Source: a virus
Taxonomy: Duplodnaviria > Caudoviricetes
Virus record (IMG/VR): IMGVR_UViG_3300030376_006980
Coordinates: 22,980-86,979 of that record
DNA length: 64,000 nucleotides
Reading direction: 5' to 3' (one strand)
The translations under genes were made by a program, and so were the position numbers. Shown piece after piece: positions 27,974 to 38,480 of the stretch; the first letter of the stretch is position 1; each line of letters starts with the position of its first letter. The notes beneath the pieces were generated by a model, which saw only the letters and a list, made by a program, of their open reading frames with translations, made no database searches and had not been told where the DNA came from.

Positions 27974-28231
27974 ATGGCAATGGAAGGAAAACAAATGAAC
28001 ATTGATTTAGATTCAACATTAGAAATAGTGTGTGATGAATGTGGTCATAATGTATTCAGACCGGCTTTCTTTTTAAGAAAGGTAAGTAGGTTTATTTCAC
28101 CAGACGGCCAAGATAGATTATTACCATTAGATACGATGGAATGTAGTAAATGTGGAAACATTAATAAAGAATTTCAGGCAGCAACGCCGAAACCTAAAAC
28201 AAAAACAAATAAAGATGGCAAAAGAAATTAA
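27974..28231 (+). CDS. Zn-ribbon hypothetical protein
   Basis: CDECG...CSKCG. Confidence 0.75.
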   Translation: MAMEGKQMNIDLDSTLEIVCDECGHNVFRPAFFLRKVSRFISPDGQDRLLPLDTMECSKCGNINKEFQAATPKPKTKTNKDGKRN

Positions 28232-28823
28232 ATTAAACACAGAAGAAAAATCTGAATACACTCCAAGAAAAATGAGTGAAATTATTGCAGATAAAAGAGC
28301 TGCATTAAAAAAGAATGAAGAATTGCTTAGAAGTCTTCAAACTAATCAGTATGATATTCCAGTAGGTTCTGTAAAACTTTATAAACAAATAATGAAGTTT
28401 TTAGAAAAAGAAGCTGATTGGGGTCATACTACTGCAACAGGTTTGATTATGTTATACTCTAATATGAAAGAACAACAACCAGTAACTAGAGAAAAGGACT
28501 GGGATGGAATTATTAAATTAAGAGGTACAAGTATTACTATCTTTTGGACAATGATTACTTCAATGAAAGGTAAAGGATTTTATGCTGCTCGTGATTTTGT
28601 AGAATTGATGGCTGCATTTGGTTCAGATCTTTCTAGTGTAGTTGGAAAGGTTCATGAAGATAACCAAGCTCTTAGAGAAAATCATGCTCGTATGTCTGAA
28701 TTGGATCAAGAAGTAAATCACCCAGAGGTTATTCTTGATGTTGCAATTGATAAATACAATGCAGTTGAAGAGGAGTTAAACCAATTAATGGATGAAGTTG
28801 ATCCAGTTGTAGAAACAGTGTAA
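28215..28823 (+). CDS. hypothetical protein (start corrected to ATG 28215)
   Basis: MAKEIKLNTEE...; helical, phage-type codon usage. Confidence 0.7.
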   Translation: MAKEIKLNTEEKSEYTPRKMSEIIADKRAALKKNEELLRSLQTNQYDIPVGSVKLYKQIMKFLEKEADWGHTTATGLIMLYSNMKEQQPVTREKDWDGIIKLRGTSITIFWTMITSMKGKGFYAARDFVELMAAFGSDLSSVVGKVHEDNQALRENHARMSELDQEVNHPEVILDVAIDKYNAVEEELNQLMDEVDPVVETV

Positions 28824-28825
28824 GT

Positions 28826-29074
28826 ATGGGATTCCACAAAAGACATATTGATAACGAACAAGTTTTAAGGCTTTATGAAGATGGTGGAATTAATAGAATA
28901 CGTGATTGGTACACAAAAGGTGTAGATGCATTAATAACAGAAACCGGCCTGGCTTCACGGGTCGGTCATGTTATTTCAGACGATGAATGGACTCAAATGG
29001 GCACAGTTCGACAAGACGAGGAAATATTCAAATTAATTAGAGAAGAATACGGAACTCCTGTAGTTAAAAAATAA
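28826..29074 (+). CDS. hypothetical protein
   Basis: MGFHKRHI...; 82 aa. Confidence 0.65.
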   Translation: MGFHKRHIDNEQVLRLYEDGGINRIRDWYTKGVDALITETGLASRVGHVISDDEWTQMGTVRQDEEIFKLIREEYGTPVVKK

Positions 29075-29116
29075 CTTCTTCCTTGTTGAATAAATAAAGA
29101 AAACAAACTATTTAAC

Positions 29117-30178
29117 ATGGAACATATTAAAGACTATAAATTATTTAAAGAGTCTCTACAAACCGATTTAATTACTGAAAGATTTAGTTCATCTATTCTT
29201 AGAGATTTTGCTTCTCAAGATGGATTAAAATCAAGATGGAGAGGTAACTTAGCAAAGGATATGCAAAAATTTGCTAACCTTGCTATTGATAAAATTTCAG
29301 ATGCAGATTTTACTACAACCACACCAGCAGCTTATTGGAAAGGCCCTGATGCTAAAGATCCTAACAAAGTAGGATTCTTTGTTGATGATGACAAAAATTT
29401 CATTAAGTGGGCAAAGGCAAACAAAAAATATTTACCAGGTTCATTAGATTTAAATAACATTTCTAAATATGGAGTGGTACTTTCTGTTGTTAGAGGTGGT
29501 GTTGGTATGTGGTCTGGTTTCCAAATGGATAGAGGATCAACTTACAGCAGACATAGAAAAGGTGCAGATGATAGATATGGAGTTCTTGCAAAAGATTATG
29601 AAACCAGTTCTTTATATAAGGGATGGGACGGTGCTCCTGCTGCTAAAGTAACAAGAAAGAATCTTATTGATGCCGCAACTCGTGTATATGTTTTAGATTT
29701 AAATAGTTTAAGAGACAAATACGATGTAAGTGGATTAAAATCAGATCGTGCAAATTCTAAAGCTGGTGCAACTGCCTTAAAAACTGCTAAAGAGATTAAA
29801 GATGAAAACCGTAAAAGGTATACTGCTATCTTACAAGATAAAGCAGCAATGACTGATATTGATAAAGCCGTTAGAGATTCAATTGAATTATTAAACACTC
29901 ATATCTCTGATGCTTTAGATAAAGGTGAAATGGATCAATTTGGAAACTTTGTTATTGGCAAAAGTCCTAGAGGTAGATCTGTATCAATTAAAGACGGTGC
30001 AGGTGCTATCAGAAATATGTTAGATGACTACCAAAGATATAAGGATTATGAAAGGCAAGATAAAGAAGCAAAGGCTGAAGGTAGAGAAGATAACTATTAT
30101 GCAAGAGAAGTAAAGGCTTATGCTAAAAGACTTACTGATTATGCTAAGAAAGTAAAGGATAAAAATTACGGCTGGTAA
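29117..30178 (+). CDS. putative head internal protein
   Basis: MEHIKDYKLFKES...LITE propeptide-like N-terminus; preceded by GAATAAATAA. Confidence 0.7.
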   Translation: MEHIKDYKLFKESLQTDLITERFSSSILRDFASQDGLKSRWRGNLAKDMQKFANLAIDKISDADFTTTTPAAYWKGPDAKDPNKVGFFVDDDKNFIKWAKANKKYLPGSLDLNNISKYGVVLSVVRGGVGMWSGFQMDRGSTYSRHRKGADDRYGVLAKDYETSSLYKGWDGAPAAKVTRKNLIDAATRVYVLDLNSLRDKYDVSGLKSDRANSKAGATALKTAKEIKDENRKRYTAILQDKAAMTDIDKAVRDSIELLNTHISDALDKGEMDQFGNFVIGKSPRGRSVSIKDGAGAIRNMLDDYQRYKDYERQDKEAKAEGREDNYYAREVKAYAKRLTDYAKKVKDKNYGW

Positions 30179-30180
30179 TT

Positions 30181-31683
30181 ATGAAATATATTAGAGGAAT
30201 AAATGAAGCTTTCATTGGCCCTTTTGTTTTTAGTGAAAGAATGTCCGATGATGAATTAAAAGGAATGTATAATGCAGCTATTGATGGTTACTCTTATCAT
30301 CAAAAAGGTATGCAATATTCTAAGTCAGATTACAAGAAAGCATATATGGCTATTGAAAAGATCTTAAAGAAAAGGGGAATTAAGGTAGATGAAGGCAGGA
30401 GAATTGATGAAGCTTTGCTTGAAAATGCAGTTAGAGATCTACATTTTGAAACAGATCCTAAAAAAGCAGAAGAAATGAAAATAGCTATCGGTGCATCTCA
30501 AGGAGAAGTTATAAGGCGTAAACAAATTGAAGGCGGTAATTATTCATTAAGAAGATTTAGAAAAGAGATTAAATATGATAAGACTGGTAAAGATCTTGGT
30601 GTATTTAAACCTGGCAGTTATATGGCTGCTACTTCTAAATTAGGTGATGGCCCTCACAAGAAAGCTGTTGCTAAAGTAAAATGGAATAGAAAGAAATATG
30701 ACCAATGGTTAAAAGATGTCGCGTCAAACGATGGTTGGAGAAATGCTTATGACATGGCGCAAAATGCTAAACACGAACCAGGTCTATTACAATGGGCTAA
30801 AAAAGAATTTAGAGGTGAAGATGTAATGCAAAGAATTCAATGGGATATTGAAGCATTTGCAGAATCTGTAGTTAACGAAAAGAACTTTATTAAAAAATAT
30901 ACAGAATTTTTATTAGAAAAGAAAAAGGAAAAAGAATCCTTTGAAGATAAAATTGAAGGTGATGGATACTATAAAGGTATATCTACATCAACCGCTCGCC
31001 AAAAGGTGGATCAAATGAAAAAGCAATCTCAGATGTCTGATGATGATCCAGATGCTTATAAAGAAATGCCAGGTGATACTAAAGGTAAAAAACTTTTAAA
31101 GAAATCTAAACACACTAAAGCATTTGATGATTTATATGCTGATGAAGCCTTAGAAGAAATGGTTACTAATGAAAGTGTAATGAGTGAATTACATGTAATG
31201 ATGGAGGAGGCTAAAAACTTTAATCAGTTTAGAAAAATGTTTTATGAAGAGTTTAGTGATAAAGTTAAACCTAATAAAGATATGGATTCTTGGTTAAAAT
31301 CATTATATGAAGAAGGTTTAGGTGAAAGTCTTGAAGAAAAGGCAGGTGGAGATAGAAGTCCTATTAAAGGAAAAGGAATAGAGACAGGCCTTAAAAAGAA
31401 ATCAGAACAAACAGGTGTATCATTACCATTATTAAGATTAGTAATGAGGAGAGGTATGGCTGCATGGAAAAGTGGACATAGACCTGGTGCTGGGCAAGAA
31501 CAATGGGGTTATGCTAGAGTTAATTCATTTTTAACTAAAGCTCCTGGTACTTGGGGAAGACCATTAGATAATCCTAAAAAGAATGGACCTAAAGGAAAAT
31601 TTGGAGCTGATGCTGATATTGCTAAAGAAGTAATTAAAAAAGGCGAGGATAAGAAATTAAAAACAACAGGCTTACCTAAGTAA
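30181..31683 (+). CDS. putative head internal polyprotein
   Basis: MKYIRGINE; internal second leader VVNEKNFIKKYTEFLLE; C-terminal RRGMAAWKSGHRPG...WGYARVNSFL viral domain. Confidence 0.7.
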   Translation: MKYIRGINEAFIGPFVFSERMSDDELKGMYNAAIDGYSYHQKGMQYSKSDYKKAYMAIEKILKKRGIKVDEGRRIDEALLENAVRDLHFETDPKKAEEMKIAIGASQGEVIRRKQIEGGNYSLRRFRKEIKYDKTGKDLGVFKPGSYMAATSKLGDGPHKKAVAKVKWNRKKYDQWLKDVASNDGWRNAYDMAQNAKHEPGLLQWAKKEFRGEDVMQRIQWDIEAFAESVVNEKNFIKKYTEFLLEKKKEKESFEDKIEGDGYYKGISTSTARQKVDQMKKQSQMSDDDPDAYKEMPGDTKGKKLLKKSKHTKAFDDLYADEALEEMVTNESVMSELHVMMEEAKNFNQFRKMFYEEFSDKVKPNKDMDSWLKSLYEEGLGESLEEKAGGDRSPIKGKGIETGLKKKSEQTGVSLPLLRLVMRRGMAAWKSGHRPGAGQEQWGYARVNSFLTKAPGTWGRPLDNPKKNGPKGKFGADADIAKEVIKKGEDKKLKTTGLPK

Positions 31684-32228
31684 TGAAATTTATAAAAGGC
31701 TTTAAGGATTTTAAAAATGTATCTGAAGAATTAAAATATCATGTGGATAATGGTATAGGTTTAGATGATACTGTTTTTCGTTTAGGATCTGATGCTCATA
31801 GTAAACTTTTTGAAGAAGCTAAACAATATTGGGATGAAGGAAATCTAATATTAAAAGGTAAAAGTGGGTGGATGGCTAAGAACCTTGAAGTAGGTAAGAA
31901 AGCAATTTATAAAGATCGTAAATCAGGTAGAACAAAAGATGTTAAACTTGATTCACCAGAAAGAGGAGGCAACAGAAAGTTTATTGTTTATCGTAATAGT
32001 GGAAGAACTGATAAAGAAACAGGAAAGATAGTTGCTAAGAAAATAGAATGGGGCGATCCTAAATTAGCTGTTAAGAATGATGATCCAGGAAGAGCTGCTA
32101 GTTTTTGGGCAAGACACCAATGTGATCAAAAGAAAAAGATGGATCCTAATAAAGCTGGTTTTTGGGCATGTTATGGGCCAAGTCTATTTGGAAAGCAGTT
32201 AGGATTAAAAAGTACTAATCCTTGGTAA
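31683..32228 (+). CDS. putative head internal protein with conserved basic C-terminal domain
   Basis: MKFIKGFKDFKNVSE; KKIEWGDP...ASFWARHQC...AGFWAC. Confidence 0.7.
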   Translation: MKFIKGFKDFKNVSEELKYHVDNGIGLDDTVFRLGSDAHSKLFEEAKQYWDEGNLILKGKSGWMAKNLEVGKKAIYKDRKSGRTKDVKLDSPERGGNRKFIVYRNSGRTDKETGKIVAKKIEWGDPKLAVKNDDPGRAASFWARHQCDQKKKMDPNKAGFWACYGPSLFGKQLGLKSTNPW

Positions 32229-32256
32229 ATAAATAATAAAATAAAAATAATAAACA

Positions 32257-33285
32257 ATGGCATACGGAGAAGATTATTCTAGGAGCGCATCTGAGCCTAC
32301 TTCTGAACAAAGTACTAGGAGTTTTAGAAAAATGTTCAATAAACAAGGTGATACTCTAGGTTGGGTAGCTGGAAAGGATGTACCTATATATTATACATCA
32401 GACCTACCGAATGGTCAACAAAATGGTTATTCTGTAGATAGTGGTTATTGTGAGTGGAGTAACGGAAATAGGATTTATATAGGTGATACTTATAGTAGCG
32501 GTACTCAACCAGCTGGGCTTAATGATGGAGCATCTTCAAGATATTGTTATCAATGGACAAGAATAGGTGGTGTAGTAACTGGTTCAGGAAGGGTACAGTT
32601 AGGTGTTAACGGTGGAACAACCGGTACTTCCGCAACATGGTTAAAATTTGGAGGGAATACCACTTCTTCATTAGCTAATGAAGCTTTAATAACAAGTTAT
32701 GATATAGGTGAAGGTGATAAAAACTCCAATGCTTATTGTGTAGCAACTATTCCATTACCTGTTTATTATCAAACAAATGAAAATATACAATCCGGTATTG
32801 CTCTAAACCCACCAATGGCTAGTAGAGCCGATACTACAGCTGGAATCCAAAACTCTCTTCAAGCAAACGCCCTCCAGGGAGTAAAAAAGGATTTTAATGA
32901 TGATTATATAGGTGGGTCAGGTACTGTGGTCGGTTTATGGTATAATACAATTGGAGATGAAGGGTTTGACTTTAGGCCAATATTTCCGGATGGAACTGTT
33001 ACTAGTGCTATAGATCCTCCAATAGCAAATGTTACTGGTATGGTACATTTTGGCTATAATACTTTTTGGTATGAACACAGTTTGAATAACAACTATCCTG
33101 CAAGATATATGAATATAATAGTTAAAGCTGTACAAACGCCAAATGGAAGTGATGGTGGCCTAAGAAATTATGTCCCAAGTAGTTCATATACGGGGAATCA
33201 ATATAGAAATATATTGCCGCCAATGTATCATTTTACATTTAGTTATGTATTAGGTGGGTATGAAGCAACTGAGACTCTCGGTTAA
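32257..33285 (+). CDS. Gly/Thr/Asn-rich protein, probably virion structural
   Basis: Composition differs from neighbours (low Lys, beta-rich); preceded by TAAATAAATAA. Confidence 0.6.
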   Translation: MAYGEDYSRSASEPTSEQSTRSFRKMFNKQGDTLGWVAGKDVPIYYTSDLPNGQQNGYSVDSGYCEWSNGNRIYIGDTYSSGTQPAGLNDGASSRYCYQWTRIGGVVTGSGRVQLGVNGGTTGTSATWLKFGGNTTSSLANEALITSYDIGEGDKNSNAYCVATIPLPVYYQTNENIQSGIALNPPMASRADTTAGIQNSLQANALQGVKKDFNDDYIGGSGTVVGLWYNTIGDEGFDFRPIFPDGTVTSAIDPPIANVTGMVHFGYNTFWYEHSLNNNYPARYMNIIVKAVQTPNGSDGGLRNYVPSSSYTGNQYRNILPPMYHFTFSYVLGGYEATETLG

Positions 33286-33299
33286 AAATAAAAGAAGTA

Positions 33300-34994
33300 A
33301 TGAAAAATTTAAAAAGAATAGATGAAGCAGTAGGTTCTATCGAAGAAAGAAGAGTTGCTGCTGATAGATTACTTAAAGATGTTGTAAAAGGATCTACCTC
33401 ATCAGTAGAGGGTATTAAATTATCTAAAGAAATGGCTCAAGCATTTTTAGATTGGCAAAGAATGTCTACTTATGGAAAGAAATTCGGTAAGTTACCTTTT
33501 TACATGTTATTCACTGCTGCTTTTAATTGGGGATTGGACAGATACATTGGTAAAGATAAAAAGATTAAAGACGAGTATAAAGAACTTAAGGCTAAGGCTA
33601 AAGAAATGAGTAAGCAGCAAAAAATGAAAGGGGAATCAGTAAACGAAATGTCATTAGGGCATGCAGAGGTAAAAAAAGTAGTAAAAGATTTATCTCGAAA
33701 TCAAAAAATAGCACTTGAAAGAGCTATTAAAGACGGAACAATAAAAACATCTGAAGATTTAAGTAATTGGGCAAAATCTATTCATGAATCACTTAATGAA
33801 GAGGAAACTCTTATATACGATGAATTAGGTACTGAATTACAAAGCATAGAGGATAAGATTAATGATTTAGCTGCTTCTGCTGCCGATCCTAAATGGGCAC
33901 GTGCATTAGATAGTATAGGAAGTCAGTTAGATAAATTAATGATGACAATCAATAAGCATGACAGAAAACTTGGTGCTATTGAGTTAAATGAATCTGATGA
34001 AATAAATGAAGCATCTGCTAAAAATGTTTTAAAAGATGCTGTAAATGCATTAACCAAAACATTTGCTGGAAAGAAATTAGATAAATCTTATGTTAAAGAT
34101 TATTTAGCATCAATGGAGAGAATGGCTAAAAAGAAGCCTATGGACTTTGTAAAAGATTATATGAACTTTTCAAATGATGATTGGATAGAAGATGTAGAAT
34201 ATAACATGGCTAATGAAAAAGTCAATGAAGCTAGATTTGTTAAGTCATATGATACTAAAGTAAATGATGCTGAAACAGAAAAAGAAGTTTTAAAAATATA
34301 TCCAAAGGCTAAATTCTTTGTTGGTAAAATGAGTCATTTCTTTGGAGAACTTGAACCTAATCTTTTCTTTAAAGCTTATTATCCTAAATACTATAAACAA
34401 GATACAGGTAAATCTATTAAAGGTGATTTTAAAATTACTTCAGTATATTCTCAAAAAGGAAGTAAGTATGTAGAATTAATGAAAGAATCTATTAATGAAG
34501 CTAAATTTAGTTTTTCTGAAGATGAAGTAAAGGATGTTGCTGAATTGATAGCAAAAGCAATTGCAAAATTAGATAAAACTAAAACAGCAGTACATGATAT
34601 GGATTATGTTGCAGGCCGTGGTGCTGGATTTGAAGTATCAATGGACGGTGAGAAATATGAAGGTGGAAGTTATGTTGTAAGACCTAACGGTGATGTTGTT
34701 AATGCTGCTATCGGTAATTCATTTCCTAATGCTATATATGCAAAGATAGGAGATAAGGATATTAAAAAAGTTATGAAGAACATTAAAAAGTTTGAATCTG
34801 TTGAAATAAATGAAGCTGCACCTAAAATGAAAAAGAGTAAAGAAGTAGGAGAATTAGAAAAGCTAAGAATGTTAGTAATTAATTCTAAGAAAGGTGGAGC
34901 TGGTAATAGATACGGTAAAGAATTTGATAAAGAAAAAAATAAAGCTGTCGTTGCTTTGGATAATATGATAAGCTACGCAAAAATAGGAATATAA
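33300..34994 (+). CDS. putative head internal polyprotein of about seven modules
   Basis: MKNLKRIDE; repeated SVNE, SLNE, LNE, INE, VNE, INE and INE junctions. Confidence 0.7.
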   Translation: MKNLKRIDEAVGSIEERRVAADRLLKDVVKGSTSSVEGIKLSKEMAQAFLDWQRMSTYGKKFGKLPFYMLFTAAFNWGLDRYIGKDKKIKDEYKELKAKAKEMSKQQKMKGESVNEMSLGHAEVKKVVKDLSRNQKIALERAIKDGTIKTSEDLSNWAKSIHESLNEEETLIYDELGTELQSIEDKINDLAASAADPKWARALDSIGSQLDKLMMTINKHDRKLGAIELNESDEINEASAKNVLKDAVNALTKTFAGKKLDKSYVKDYLASMERMAKKKPMDFVKDYMNFSNDDWIEDVEYNMANEKVNEARFVKSYDTKVNDAETEKEVLKIYPKAKFFVGKMSHFFGELEPNLFFKAYYPKYYKQDTGKSIKGDFKITSVYSQKGSKYVELMKESINEAKFSFSEDEVKDVAELIAKAIAKLDKTKTAVHDMDYVAGRGAGFEVSMDGEKYEGGSYVVRPNGDVVNAAIGNSFPNAIYAKIGDKDIKKVMKNIKKFESVEINEAAPKMKKSKEVGELEKLRMLVINSKKGGAGNRYGKEFDKEKNKAVVALDNMISYAKIGI

Positions 34995-34996
34995 AA

Positions 34997-35338
34997 ATGG
35001 AACATTTTAAAACATACGGTGAATTTATAACTGAAGGCCAATTAAACGAAAAAGATTATTCTACTGAGCAAAGAAAAGAAATGGCAGAAAAAGGATTAGC
35101 TTTACCTGATGGTAGTTTTCCTATTGCTAATGTTCAGGATTTAAAAAATGCTATTTTATCTTATGGCAGATCAAAAGATCATTCAAAAGTTGCTAAGTTT
35201 ATAGCAAAAAGAGCAAAGGCATTAGGTGCTGAAGATCTTATTCCAGATACAGAAGATTTTCAAAAGGCACTTAAAGAAGTTGCTATGAGAGTTCCTGCAA
35301 AAACAATTGCAATTGATTCAGAAGAAGACGAGGACTAA
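34997..35338 (+). CDS. putative head internal protein
   Basis: MEHFKTYGEFITE closely matches the T4 IP leader MKTYQEFIAE; ALPDGSFPI...DLKNAI domain. Confidence 0.75.
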   Translation: MEHFKTYGEFITEGQLNEKDYSTEQRKEMAEKGLALPDGSFPIANVQDLKNAILSYGRSKDHSKVAKFIAKRAKALGAEDLIPDTEDFQKALKEVAMRVPAKTIAIDSEEDED

Positions 35339-35667
35339 TGGCATGTAAATCTTGTAAATGTGGTAAACATGCTCATGATAAGGTTATAGAGCAAATGGAT
35401 GATTTGACTAAACCTTTTACGCAAATTCATACAACAGAAGCAGTCGTAAGACATTTTGATAAATCAGCACCTGATCATTTATATAAATGGCATGCCGATG
35501 ATGAAGATCGTTATGTACAATCTTTAAATGAAAATGATTGGAGCTTTCAATTTGATAATGAATTACCTCAATCAATGGAACCTGACAAAATTATTTATAT
35601 TCCTAAAGGTTTAATACACCGCTTAATTAAAGGTACTTCTGAATTAAGTATTTCTATAAAGTTTTAA
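35338..35667 (+). CDS. cupin-fold protein
   Basis: WHADDEDR...QFDNELP...IYIPKGLIHRLIKG. Confidence 0.65.
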   Translation: MACKSCKCGKHAHDKVIEQMDDLTKPFTQIHTTEAVVRHFDKSAPDHLYKWHADDEDRYVQSLNENDWSFQFDNELPQSMEPDKIIYIPKGLIHRLIKGTSELSISIKF

Positions 35668-35710
35668 CTTAAAACAATCTCTCAACTTCATAGTATAATT
35701 AATATAGATT

Positions 35711-35740
35711 AATAACCACTTTCAGAAATGGTTATTTTTT
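35711..35740 (+). terminator. rho-independent terminator-like hairpin
   Basis: AATAACCA(C)TTT-CAG-AAATGGTTATT followed by TTTT. Confidence 0.65.
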
Positions 35741-35777
35741 GTTATTATTACAATATAATTATACTACAAATAAAACT

Positions 35778-37805
35778 ATGGGAGAAATTTATCCAGAAGA
35801 AGAACAAGAAAAACAAAGAAAACCTAGATTTAAAAAGCAAACTTTAGTTTTAGATACTTATGGTACTAATTTAAGTAAAAGAGCAATTGAAGGTAAGCTT
35901 GATCCTGTCATCGGTAGAACGGATGAAATTCTTAGGACTATACAAATTTTAGGAAGACGTAGAAAAAACAATCCAGTATTAGTTGGAGAACCTGGTGTTG
36001 GTAAAACTGCTATCGTTGAAGGTTTAGCTTTAAAAATGGTAGAAGGGAATGTTCCTGTATCATTACAAGGTAAAATCATTTATACATTAGAATTATCCAC
36101 AATTGTTGCTGGGACAAAATATCGTGGCCAATTTGAAGAAAGAATGAAATCTATCGTAGATGAATTAATTCTTAATCCACACATCATTGTTTTTATTGAT
36201 GAATTACATACTTTGGTTGGAGCCGGTGGTTCTACGGGATCTTTAGATGCGTCCAATATTATTAAGCCAGCTTTGGCGAGAGGTGAAATCAGATGTATAG
36301 GTGCAACAACATTTGATGAGTTTAGAGAAAACATTGAAGGTGATGGGGCATTGGATAGAAGGTTTCAAAAAGTAACAGTTGAGCCTCCAACATTAGAACA
36401 AACAATTGAAATACTTTCTAATATCAGACATAAGTATGAAGAACACCATAGTGTTTCATATGATGATAATATAATTGATCTTATTGTTAAGTTAGCAGAT
36501 CGCTATGTTATGGATAGATACTTTCCTGATAAAGCTGTTGATATTTTAGATGAAGTAGGATCTTATAAGCATTTAACAAATATGAAAGTTCCTCAAAAGA
36601 TTAAATCTTTAGAAGAAAAATTAGTAGAAAAAGAAAATGCTAAAAGAAAAGCCGTATCACGACAACTTTATGAAGTAGCAGCTAAAGAAAGAGATGCATG
36701 TTTAACACTAAAAGAAAGAATTAAACAAGATCTTGCAATATGGAAAGAACAGATGGCTGTTAATCAATTAGAAATAACTGAAGATGATGTTTTAAAAGTT
36801 GTATCAAAATCAACAGGAGTTCCTATAGAAAAGATATCGGATAAAGAAAACAAAAATCTTTTAGGAATTAATAAGCACTTATCTTCAAGAGTAATAGGCC
36901 AAGATGAAGCAATTGATAAAATTTCTGTAACTGTACAAAGAAACCGAGTAGGAATTAGAAAAAGAAACCGAACAATGGGTAATTTTATTTTCTTAGGTCC
37001 TACTGGTGTTGGTAAAACTCAATTAGCAAAAGAATTAACAGAATATCTTTTTAATAGTGAAGATTCATTAATTAGAGTTGATATGTCTGAATACATGGAA
37101 CCTCATTCTATTTCTAAATTAATCGGAGCTCCTCCGGGATATGTAGGATTTGAAGGTGGTGGGTTTTTAACAGAGCAGGTAAAGAGAAAGCCACACTCAG
37201 TTATATTATTTGACGAGATAGAAAAAGCTCATCCAGAGGTCTTTAATGTATTACTACAAATGTTAGATGATGGACAGTTAACTGATTCATTAGGCAGAAC
37301 TGTTGATTTTAGAAATTGTTTAGTAATACTTACTTCAAATACAGGATCTAGAAAATTACAAGATTTTGGTTCTGGTATAGGATTTGAAAGTTCTTCTAAA
37401 ATGGTTAATCAAGCCGAAGAGGAAAAATCTATTTTAAGAAAGGCTTTAAAGAATAAATTTTCACCAGAATTTTTAAATAGAATTGATGAAATTGTAGTAT
37501 TCAACAGATTAACCGAAGATAATGTAATGGATATTTTAACTAAAGAGTGTAAAGAACTTGCAACTAATTTAGAAGAAGTAGGAGGTTATAATTTTAAAAT
37601 AACTAAAGGAGCTAAAACCTTAATCTTAAATCAGGGATATGATCCTAAGTTTGGAGCAAGGCCATTAAGAAGAACAATTGAAAGAATGATTGAAAATAAA
37701 ATATCTGAGTACATTCTTAAAGGCGAATTAAAAGAAGGTGGTACAATTAATGTAAAAGGTATTAAAGGTGAATTAATAATTGACATAACTAATATAAAAG
37801 AATAA
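35778..37805 (+). CDS. clpC: ClpC-type AAA+ unfoldase lacking the N-terminal domain (start corrected to ATG 35778)
   Basis: [24 protein letters not shown]-like middle domain, [11 protein letters not shown] ClpP-docking loop, GARPLRR. The ORF begins about 25 aa before NBD1. Confidence 0.9.
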   Translation: MGEIYPEEEQEKQRKPRFKKQTLVLDTYGTNLSKRAIEGKLDPVIGRTDEILRTIQILGRRRKNNPVLVGEPGVGKTAIVEGLALKMVEGNVPVSLQGKIIYTLELSTIVAGTKYRGQFEERMKSIVDELILNPHIIVFIDELHTLVGAGGSTGSLDASNIIKPALARGEIRCIGATTFDEFRENIEGDGALDRRFQKVTVEPPTLEQTIEILSNIRHKYEEHHSVSYDDNIIDLIVKLADRYVMDRYFPDKAVDILDEVGSYKHLTNMKVPQKIKSLEEKLVEKENAKRKAVSRQLYEVAAKERDACLTLKERIKQDLAIWKEQMAVNQLEITEDDVLKVVSKSTGVPIEKISDKENKNLLGINKHLSSRVIGQDEAIDKISVTVQRNRVGIRKRNRTMGNFIFLGPTGVGKTQLAKELTEYLFNSEDSLIRVDMSEYMEPHSISKLIGAPPGYVGFEGGGFLTEQVKRKPHSVILFDEIEKAHPEVFNVLLQMLDDGQLTDSLGRTVDFRNCLVILTSNTGSRKLQDFGSGIGFESSSKMVNQAEEEKSILRKALKNKFSPEFLNRIDEIVVFNRLTEDNVMDILTKECKELATNLEEVGGYNFKITKGAKTLILNQGYDPKFGARPLRRTIERMIENKISEYILKGELKEGGTINVKGIKGELIIDITNIKE

Positions 37806-38473
37806 TGAATTACGGAAAAGAATTTCAAAAATATGCAATGAGTGATCATAATGTAAGTTCATCAACATTGGACTATTATGAAAAACATATTGAGAACTCA
37901 ATGACTCCTTATATTTTAGAGGAGAGGGAAATGAGAGCCACTCAAATTGATATATTTTCAAGATTAATGATGGATAGGTTACTGTGGGTGGCTGGACCAG
38001 TCAATGATAACATGTCTACAATTGTGCAAGCTCAATTAATGTTTTTGGATAGTGTAGAGAAAAAGGATATTACAATGCATATTGATTCTCCAGGAGGTTC
38101 AGTTAAATCAGGACTTTCAATGGTGGATGTTATGGATTATATTAAATCAGATATTAGAACGGTTAATACTGGAATGGCTGCATCTATGGGTTCAGTTCTA
38201 TTAGGAGCAGGGACAAAAGGTAAAAGAAGTTCTTTAAAACATTCTAAAACAATGCTGCATCAATCAAGCGGTGGTTTTAGAGGAAATATACAAGATGCTG
38301 AAATTGATTGGAAAGAATGGCAAAAAGTAAACAAAGAATTGTTTATTCTTTTAGGTAAGTATTGTGGAAAGAAAGCAGATAAAGTAGCAAAAGATGCAAC
38401 AAGAGATTTTTGGATGAATGCTGAAGAAGCTGTTAAGTATGGAATAATCGACGAGGTAATCGGAGCTAAATAA
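37805..38473 (+). CDS. clpP: ATP-dependent Clp protease proteolytic subunit
   Basis: IDSPGGSV, AASMG (Ser), MLHQ (His), RDFW (Asp), YGIIDEV. Confidence 0.95.
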   Translation: MNYGKEFQKYAMSDHNVSSSTLDYYEKHIENSMTPYILEEREMRATQIDIFSRLMMDRLLWVAGPVNDNMSTIVQAQLMFLDSVEKKDITMHIDSPGGSVKSGLSMVDVMDYIKSDIRTVNTGMAASMGSVLLGAGTKGKRSSLKHSKTMLHQSSGGFRGNIQDAEIDWKEWQKVNKELFILLGKYCGKKADKVAKDATRDFWMNAEEAVKYGIIDEVIGAK

Positions 38474-38480
38474 ATATAAT

